Positions 58,601 to 64,000 of a stretch of 64,000 nt of DNA are shown here, in pieces. The position numbers and the translations under genes were made by a program. The notes beneath the pieces are model-generated. The model was not told the origin of the DNA. It ran no database searches and saw only the letters and a list, made by a program, of their open reading frames with translations. Origin of the DNA: a virus. The stretch lies in the IMG/VR virus record IMGVR_UViG_3300025849_000009; one strand, 5' to 3'. Numbering within the stretch: the first letter of the stretch is position 1; the number at the start of each line of letters is the position of its first letter.

Positions 58601-60664
58601 ATCTGAGTCATACTCGTTAGAGAATATTTGTATAGAACCATTTACCAATTCAAGTAAAGTTTTTGGACCATTATCACCGTTATACCAAAGATCTGTAATC
58701 TGTATATCATCGTCACAATATGCATTTTCACTACTTGCATACCTAACGGCCGTGGATATAGAACTAGCATTACTTTCACAATCTTTAATACTAGTGATCA
58801 CTCCGTTAGCATTGATACCTAATACTCTAGTTTTACTAGAATCAGAAACCTTTATGTATATTGCAGTATTACTTGGCCTTGTAACCTTATTATTTAAATC
58901 TTGATCATAATAAACTGTGTCACCTATTGATAATTCACTAGTATTGTTTGCATATGTTGTTCCACCATAAACATTTGTAGTTGCAGGTGCGATACACATA
59001 GCATCTGGATCACTACCAAACGATGATGCATCCATTTCGAAATACGGAACAGCCTCAATGGCAAAGTTAATAGTTAGTGGAGCTGATTGTTCTTCTTTAC
59101 TATCCCGGCCTATGATGACCCATGTATCTCCACCAAAATGGCCAAGATTAGGCGTATATGTTACCTCTAGATTATTAGATGTTTGTATTAATTGAATTGT
59201 ACCATTTGAAACAACAGTATCTTCAATAATTGTTATAGCGTCGTTATCAGCGTCCTGTATACCAATGTTAAATACAACGCTTGAGTTTTGTTGTAGTTGT
59301 ATTAATCCAGGATCTGTTAAAACAGGCGCAAAGTTTATTGGGTTTATTGTTATTGTACCAGGAAGAGAAACGTTCCCTTCTGAATCGGTCGCTGTAAAAG
59401 TAAAAGAATCTTGTCCGTATACTGCTGCAGTGTGAGTATAAGTAAAGAGATCACCGCCATCTGCGGCTAATGTTCCTTTAGTTGGCTGATCTACTATAGT
59501 ATATGTTAAACCACCAGAAGAGTCCACGTTATCAGAAGCTTCTAATATAATAGAGAGCGATCCGTTCCAACTTATATCATATGCCTCGTTTTCTGGAACT
59601 GGAGCCGAAGTATCATTTACGTTAACAACACGAGTTACTTCTACTGCGTCATTATTATTTGAATCAGTTACGTTATATGTTATATTATATTGACCAACCG
59701 TTGTGTTGTCAACTGTATCACCACCTACAACTACAAGACCAGTAAGAGTTGCATTGTTGTCATAATTATCGGTTGCCGCGAAACCAGGATCGCTATATGG
59801 ATCACCAATATTGATATTTAGTGGATTATCTCCTTGAAGTACAATTTCAGGTATTGTAGTATCTACGACACGAACTTCTCTAGTAACTTCAACTGCATTG
59901 TTTCCTGAGGCGTCACTAACATTATATGTAATTGTATAAACACCAACAGTGGTTGGATCTACATCATTGAAAACAACAATGTTACCAGAAATGTCACCAT
60001 CTACATCATCTGACGCAGTAGCACCTTGATCGATGTAGGGACCTGCAAAAAATGGATCTACCTCGATAGTTACTATAGCATTACCAGTGAGTGATATTAC
60101 GGGAGCAACCGTATCTGGAACTGGTGTTGGTTGTACAGTTGGAGCTGGTGTTGGAGTCGGAACTACATTTACAGTTCTAATTACCGTAGCTGCGTTAGGA
60201 TATGTATATGTTACTGTATAACTACCAGGAGTGGTGTCATCTACTTGATTGTCTATGACTATAGTTCCACCAGTACTATACTCCTCTTCTAAAGTAGCAC
60301 CCTGATCAGTATATGTGGTGCCTGCTTCGTGATCATCAATAAGATTATTACCATTTAACGTAATTACAGGAGTACAAAACGGTGCGCCACCACTTGTATC
60401 ATTTGAGAATAACTCTTTAACTTCACCATTTGAGTCTATTCTTAATACATATAAACCTAGTTCTGAAATATACCATTTATCTTGTCCGTCCCATGTAAGA
60501 GTTTGAGCGATATCTGAATATAAGAATGTTCCCGAATTTGTACCATCGTTTGCAGTTAATGTTCCAGTGTAATTTAAAGTTACTATTCCATCAACACCAC
60601 TAAAACACAGATCAGCTGCTTGATCCGCACCATTATTAGAATTTCTTAATACAATATTTGCCAT
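52625..60664 (-). CDS. Very large structural protein with N-terminal Ig-like (DUF5011-type, cadherin-like) domains
   Basis: Repeated PVI.L.G...Y.D.GATA.D..DG...G.Y.ITYNV.D; 2679 aa. Confidence 0.7.
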   Translation of the reverse strand: MANIVLRNSNNGADQAADLCFSGVDGIVTLNYTGTLTANDGTNSGTFLYSDIAQTLTWDGQDKWYISELGLYVLRIDSNGEVKELFSNDTSGGAPFCTPVITLNGNNLIDDHEAGTTYTDQGATLEEEYSTGGTIVIDNQVDDTTPGSYTVTYTYPNAATVIRTVNVVPTPTPAPTVQPTPVPDTVAPVISLTGNAIVTIEVDPFFAGPYIDQGATASDDVDGDISGNIVVFNDVDPTTVGVYTITYNVSDASGNNAVEVTREVRVVDTTIPEIVLQGDNPLNINIGDPYSDPGFAATDNYDNNATLTGLVVVGGDTVDNTTVGQYNITYNVTDSNNNDAVEVTRVVNVNDTSAPVPENEAYDISWNGSLSIILEASDNVDSSGGLTYTIVDQPTKGTLAADGGDLFTYTHTAAVYGQDSFTFTATDSEGNVSLPGTITINPINFAPVLTDPGLIQLQQNSSVVFNIGIQDADNDAITIIEDTVVSNGTIQLIQTSNNLEVTYTPNLGHFGGDTWVIIGRDSKEEQSAPLTINFAIEAVPYFEMDASSFGSDPDAMCIAPATTNVYGGTTYANNTSELSIGDTVYYDQDLNNKVTRPSNTAIYIKVSDSSKTRVLGINANGVITSIKDCESNASSISTAVRYASSENAYCDDDIQITDLWYNGDNGPKTLLELVNGSIQIFSNEYDSDLFTITNVVQSSIESGVYGDTDIALDVFYKRSSNNTWGENNNEPAGFEFECEKEVAQEIKQIIVQYLPNFDDPNLNEFCTGQYSGELEDVVLWFSRDVGAPAITTLLELGKSNIAIYKSSLGAQGQDPLDLFESNIFAVGNSDEYLAWDNLGDGKNLNWYGYDVNNKLAVGNNIFELGSCSTYNNRPDINISDLIEGDSANNNFYAFYSYTPEIEGPEGPDGGYTTEDIFWPVYVIDGLHTNTSGDTGSHIKDFIDDLTIGNVVVSNNTGECLSYVSRIIAEDIDDAVLLLKNNFNDSKIRPVVSSGIELGFSSEETINIYENNGAPCVLGSEIEINKTYTFPFVSGYDSVKAGPNFNTETNYKLDNVAKPLLRTNPKLSGNIKIVTDSSGTVYLESISASEKLAGIKYKKNPINPNGNYAKDVSSFFRATGTPSDLIYLTKRVNSDLTVHDSYNKQVEEEYQYGTTYNYSKNYDESYKMFAPIWADNNMPNNFVIFKVKDPSLLDSTHTNSSNADRISSMLKNAEIIKSFDLSKDSDLGKYIRSHVQQETFPKAPLTVSFNKNENTNYNGIDLKSGELTSKGEYIYKDFVETDKPLIEANDFITDGFKRNDMLCANILNLEFLFDDNEGSDYSVSRYFGLYVDTVDSGVGEINSVSNNVITFGKIDSLIDSTNSITAIPSYKQMSTSPTLGYVKINDIFYKISNSGFYNPSKLEVKVDGNNEVISKTIGISHVGRSVNLTRNEDQGFDFVKMTITGAPDSADKIAVLESREESYKFTFIKHAPGELINIKIEEDGIESDLFDNDIELGVDFETTVANIIAAPKDANLNITFDYNTKSVNITEIKTNLGNLNMRVVGAISSIVRVDQLQSNVNLQDRTYVSNYTLPKGTYKGQQFSNQGTTGDIASALASAIQNDEGELESYNVGSDVFVKTNVPGYRLKQHVVLVNKENVTDFIKVENEDLNNILNLKKGANSIKENWRAHYLNGGNTRNRSVFVDNTTLSEISVGDYLETNYKGIYNKVLDIVEDIDSVNSTRSKIILSLDSDINDGEARVFNNNIVHVGLFSVYDLYDMDFDFYDTSNSNLKELSLETRSNINYEPYESAILNIDPITSEFNSILAASDIFDDNYALEPVDYFSNLSGILSEETIDEELSENITSEFDRLKENELKEFATKSRVVPNINKWVLKDSLNVKEQPYYLNTNEAFGRTNFSPDLSAIGRNKNDMTHEWFYMDKNPKYLRYDELNQGFSYVNFIEDFELTSDLFKSTKNNYFDKFMISEGFEKNLNQEDLESIFQKFGEYTEGYLNPDDINNTFFKTELKKKYTLIDGGDTNAFANTIFKGLKVVLKNRKEFANKTALDFVKSSEFNGYKFSILLKTNTDTETNDIEFEVIQNKKFKYVIFFITMNLSDYWVKGNMNRKLLYELNHKIVYDHAGEDYIYANTSFDGALNWNQADFSGELPFTIEGIPHIDGSMPNFDDQILLGENGLYGDVLMDLYPETPGNTIYKFSIYTVEGDNIIKVQGKPVNVNDPSDILDVEFLPNYLQSKIKYYYKDGGTNIHKVLLEKLSINSVAEMINLNDDSVKYTTIEEDGEINTNRFTINFEDGNEIIKYATLSVEEDNDKPKSFKLFKGIIGYNLIKSNDAEYYPFLIRHSGSYTVGFKPVVTFTDMYTHFKSNRVQATVDNREAQFESFLYRHAMNDSYELKTAKSYYNRYNRCGTTFNVGLIIDNNIHDSSWGIIKNHFYHKVNEINPNGITKLSESSDKLPLYPLINEIAISKKDVNVFRSSWDANYYTRALSGGKSEDIPGTLDNTEEKSYLGSTAMKIKNEYDITSFTYQSVDSQEDLDFILKNGINKTEVTMFEDEKQIVADFYITDAATRLLRNDGVFDVINKYVNVEDSAGDKTTLVDDANFYINNNIIEKFVVDSISLYTRDFKGRPSSIINIYEDIRAGGFTPDNNFRFKSHKQKPMNFRLIYNKRLGYSYDIKPMIKIKS
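52681..52688 (-). promoter_or_regulatory. Putative late promoter GATATATA inside the 3' end of the upstream gene
   Basis: About 58 nt upstream of the ATG at 52623. Confidence 0.5.
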
Positions 60665-60704
60665 CTATTAAAATCTTTTTTGCATACAATACTTTTGTCT
60701 GTAT

Positions 60705-60712
60705 TATATATC
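60705..60712 (-). promoter_or_regulatory. Putative late promoter GATATATA
   Basis: Upstream of the 2679-aa gene. Confidence 0.65.
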
Positions 60713-60744
60713 CAGATTTATTATAGACTATCGTATGTCGTGGT

Positions 60745-63700
60745 TTATCTGGCGAATCTAGTTAGCTTCGCGGCTCTAATAGAATTTAAGTTTTTACCTT
60801 TAGCTCTATATTTGGCAAACACTTCTAGATCAAATGAGAATTGTTGATCATATTTGTCAAAAATATCTAATCCTATTTTCTTAGTGTATGTAAGATTTGG
60901 GAATCTTAACTTAGCTTGACCACCTACTCTACCAATATCAGAATCAGGATCATTACCAAAATAATCTGTCATTCTATACTGAAATATAATATCAACTGAA
61001 AGAGCATTAGAACTATCTAAAGTACCAACCTTCTTTTTAATACTTTTTCTGCTTTGTTTAGCATCACCTTCAACTTTTAAAGTATCTAAATTAATAGGTG
61101 ACAAAAATAAGAATGCTCCACATGAACGTCCACCTAAAAGAAATTGATCATTTGCATCAAATGACATTTTAAATGTTCTATCTCCAGATTTAATAAAATC
61201 GTCTGTGGTTTTTTGAAATGCTAATTGTTTTGTAGCTTTAACTGCATCCACCAGTGGCGATGAAAAACTTGAGCCTATCAGTGGATTATTATAAACAAAT
61301 GTTGTTCCAGTTGCATATGTAGAAGTAATTGGCATTGTATAAAGCGCATTATCTACAACATCTTGTAAATTAGCTTTCTGATCTGCCAAAGAAACACTAC
61401 CTGAATTAGGTGCAGTTTCAGAAACATGTGAATATATGTTCTCTAAATCTGGATGGTCCTTGTGAAGATATAAGCCATTGTTATAATTTGCAGCACCTAT
61501 AGTTCCAATACTACATACATCTATTTTATCAGGTTGAAAACCTTCGCTTAAGTCTGCATTTGTAGAATTATTATGTGTGCCAAACGTTCCGGTCCAGATA
61601 AAATCTACTGAATTACCATTACCAGTTGGTTGGTTAATACTGATTGCATTTGAATCACCCTCAAATATAGCATATCCTAAACCATATTCATAACTATTAA
61701 AATTTGCCTGTCCACTGCCAAGTAATGATTCAGTAACATATAGCGGATTTTGATTTGAAACATCCATGAATCTAGAATAAACAAATTGACCACGTCTTTG
61801 AGCCGATTGATATGGTGCTTCAGCTAATAAATCATAAGAATTAATAGAAGATGTGTTTATGTTTTGAAACTGAATAGGAACTAAATCATATTTACCTTCA
61901 GATGTATAATAATTATCTGACGAAATTTTGTTATCTGTATCAGCAACTCCTAAATCATTTAATTTTACACCAAATCCATTATCAGCAATGCTAGTACCAG
62001 ATGCACTAGATCTATATGCTGGCAAGTTTCTATCTCCAACTAATCTTGAAACTAATTCAAGTTTAGTAGCTTTTGTGTTTTCTAATAGAAGTTTAAATGT
62101 CTTTGTAACAATGTGTCCTTTTTTAACAGTAAGACTCGCAACCTCGTCAGTATAATAACCAGCGAATATTTGGTTTTTGGTGTTATTATTAATAACGGTA
62201 ACTGTACCGTCTTCATCCATTATTTTAACAACTAATTCACCTATTTCAACTTCTACAGTACCCTTAAGTTCTGAAATTTGTAATTCTAACTCAGCAATTT
62301 TATCATATACTGAGATGGGTTTTTGTTCAGCTGATAAGAATCCCGATGCAATTGATGTTGCGTTATGTGCATAGTATTTTTCATTAGCACTAAATGAATC
62401 ATCAATATGTGTAAATACACCCTTAGAAGTAAGTTCTTGAGATATTTTAACAGACGCTGTTTCGGCCGCGTTTGACATTAACAATGCATCAACGTTAGTA
62501 GTGTCAATTTCTGTAATAGGAAAATCAATTGTAATTGATTCTGACCAATCAGAATATATTGGGTTTGCAGGATATCCAGCTTCAGATACTGATTTAACTC
62601 TAATTTCAACTAATTCACCTTCGTTAATTGCAAGATCTAATTGATTAAAGTTTACCTCTTGTGCATCTTCTACTAAACTATCTTTCCACTCAAATTTTCT
62701 AGTGATAGAATTTCTGTATCTAGATCTAACTTTAGTTTCCATTTCATTCCAGTTAGAAAAGACTGCTGTTTTTTCTCTTGTTCCATCAGTAAATGGTAGT
62801 TGAGTAACTTCACTTGCTTTTCCGCTAGTTGACAAATATCTATATTGTACAACAAATCTCACAATGTTTTGATCCAATGTATCAGCAACTTTCTTTGCCA
62901 CTGGAATTTCCCAGAAACCTCTAACTCTATATTTAGGGGCAATTTTTGGAGCATTACTTCCAGATGCTAATGACTGAATTTGATTTACGATACTATTGTA
63001 TAAACTAGTTTCACTAGTTCTCTCTGTAATAAGTGAGTTCAATTCGTTTCTATCTTTATCCTGCTGTATCGAAGATTCATATTTTTTAGTAGAAATTTCA
63101 GAACGTTTCTTAACAATAGTTTCATCTAATTTCTTAATCTTTTCTTCTACATTAATTTTATCAGCAGATAGCTTTTTGATTTTATCAGCAGTATCATTAG
63201 CTGTCAAGTGAGAGTTAATTTGAACTACTTTAAAGTTATTATTATTTAAAGAAGGTGCATCAGGTGTAATACCCTGTGCAGCTGGAGGAATAGCATCTTC
63301 CTTAAGCGCAGTAATATATTTACCAAAATCAGCAACTTCCGCTTTGTAATAATCATCTAATCTAATTGATGATCCATCGGCTTGAATTAATGTTAATTCA
63401 TTTGAATAAAATCCAATACCTGGTGACCAGTTTTCAGCCAATATTTTAGAATCTGAATCTATGGCTTTAACAAAAACCAATGTTCTTTCATTAAATCCTA
63501 CATTAATGTCTATGCTTAAGTTAGCCTCATTGTTTTTATATATGCCCAGCTGATTAGCACCAATCTTAATAGATTCATATCCTTCTACTATTAATAGTTC
63601 AACCTGATTAGTCGAACCATCGATTCTAGTTATTTTATACCTGGTATTTCTAGCACCGCTTTGAACCATAAGTTCATCTCCAACTTTAAGTGCTTCAGTA

Positions 63701-64000
63701 TCTTTTAGATCCTTGTTAGAATCAGAGTACGTTAAAGAATCTATCGTATATAATTTTATAGCTTTCTTTTTAGTAACACCATCAACTAAAACTTCTCTTT
63801 TAGAATTACTAATTTTTAACACATCGAATTTACCAGTAAATTGTGCTGTTCTATATGGAAGATCACGAGTATCTTCATCTAATATATATGTTAGGCTATT
63901 ATTTGCAATATCTCTAATTACAGTGTTATAGTCTAGGTTTTCTTTGTTTTTAAAATTAGTATTAAAATATTCAACAGTGACTGCGTTTGTAGAATCAAAT
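60745..64000 (-). CDS. Large structural protein, 5'-truncated by the window
   Basis: The frame stays open from 63822 to the window end, so the real start lies outside. Confidence 0.65.
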   Translation of the reverse strand, partial: FDSTNAVTVEYFNTNFKNKENLDYNTVIRDIANNSLTYILDEDTRDLPYRTAQFTGKFDVLKISNSKREVLVDGVTKKKAIKLYTIDSLTYSDSNKDLKDTEALKVGDELMVQSGARNTRYKITRIDGSTNQVELLIVEGYESIKIGANQLGIYKNNEANLSIDINVGFNERTLVFVKAIDSDSKILAENWSPGIGFYSNELTLIQADGSSIRLDDYYKAEVADFGKYITALKEDAIPPAAQGITPDAPSLNNNNFKVVQINSHLTANDTADKIKKLSADKINVEEKIKKLDETIVKKRSEISTKKYESSIQQDKDRNELNSLITERTSETSLYNSIVNQIQSLASGSNAPKIAPKYRVRGFWEIPVAKKVADTLDQNIVRFVVQYRYLSTSGKASEVTQLPFTDGTREKTAVFSNWNEMETKVRSRYRNSITRKFEWKDSLVEDAQEVNFNQLDLAINEGELVEIRVKSVSEAGYPANPIYSDWSESITIDFPITEIDTTNVDALLMSNAAETASVKISQELTSKGVFTHIDDSFSANEKYYAHNATSIASGFLSAEQKPISVYDKIAELELQISELKGTVEVEIGELVVKIMDEDGTVTVINNNTKNQIFAGYYTDEVASLTVKKGHIVTKTFKLLLENTKATKLELVSRLVGDRNLPAYRSSASGTSIADNGFGVKLNDLGVADTDNKISSDNYYTSEGKYDLVPIQFQNINTSSINSYDLLAEAPYQSAQRRGQFVYSRFMDVSNQNPLYVTESLLGSGQANFNSYEYGLGYAIFEGDSNAISINQPTGNGNSVDFIWTGTFGTHNNSTNADLSEGFQPDKIDVCSIGTIGAANYNNGLYLHKDHPDLENIYSHVSETAPNSGSVSLADQKANLQDVVDNALYTMPITSTYATGTTFVYNNPLIGSSFSSPLVDAVKATKQLAFQKTTDDFIKSGDRTFKMSFDANDQFLLGGRSCGAFLFLSPINLDTLKVEGDAKQSRKSIKKKVGTLDSSNALSVDIIFQYRMTDYFGNDPDSDIGRVGGQAKLRFPNLTYTKKIGLDIFDKYDQQFSFDLEVFAKYRAKGKNLNSIRAAKLTRFAR

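Noticed and set aside
1060-63931. Plus-strand ORFs in the track
   Set aside because: All are antisense shadows of, or overlap, well-supported minus-strand genes, with Ser/Phe/Leu-rich composition and no motifs
1-64000. Stop-codon reassignment, tRNA or rRNA genes
   Set aside because: Core genes are full length in the standard code; no cloverleaf or rRNA-like sequence was seen in the short intergenic gaps (by eye only)

Overview
A 64-kb, AT-rich segment of a large T4-like (myovirus) phage genome. Every credible gene is on the minus strand. The host is probably a member of Bacteroidota/Flavobacteriia (no Shine-Dalgarno motifs, A-rich leaders, a BACON domain), but that is inference. In transcription order (right to left) it holds: large baseplate/tail-fibre-like structural genes (Ig-like, collagen, PT repeats, BACON+Hint), a gp3-like tail gene, a RuvC-like nuclease, gp32, primase, UvsY and UvsW. 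Next comes an ~11-kb cluster of proteins with a T4 internal-protein-like capsid-targeting motif, including an apparent protease-cleaved modular polyprotein. Then a putative DNA base-hypermodification cluster with gp56, a family B DNA polymerase split into two genes around nrdB-nrdA-clamp, UvsX, gp41, gp47/46, gp15, gp55, gp4, gp2, portal, a fused prohead protease-scaffold and the 5' part of the major capsid gene. Two promoter classes are readable from the sequence: GATATATA (late-type) and GAAAC-N17-TATAA (before replication genes). All family assignments come from motif recognition by eye; no searches were run.
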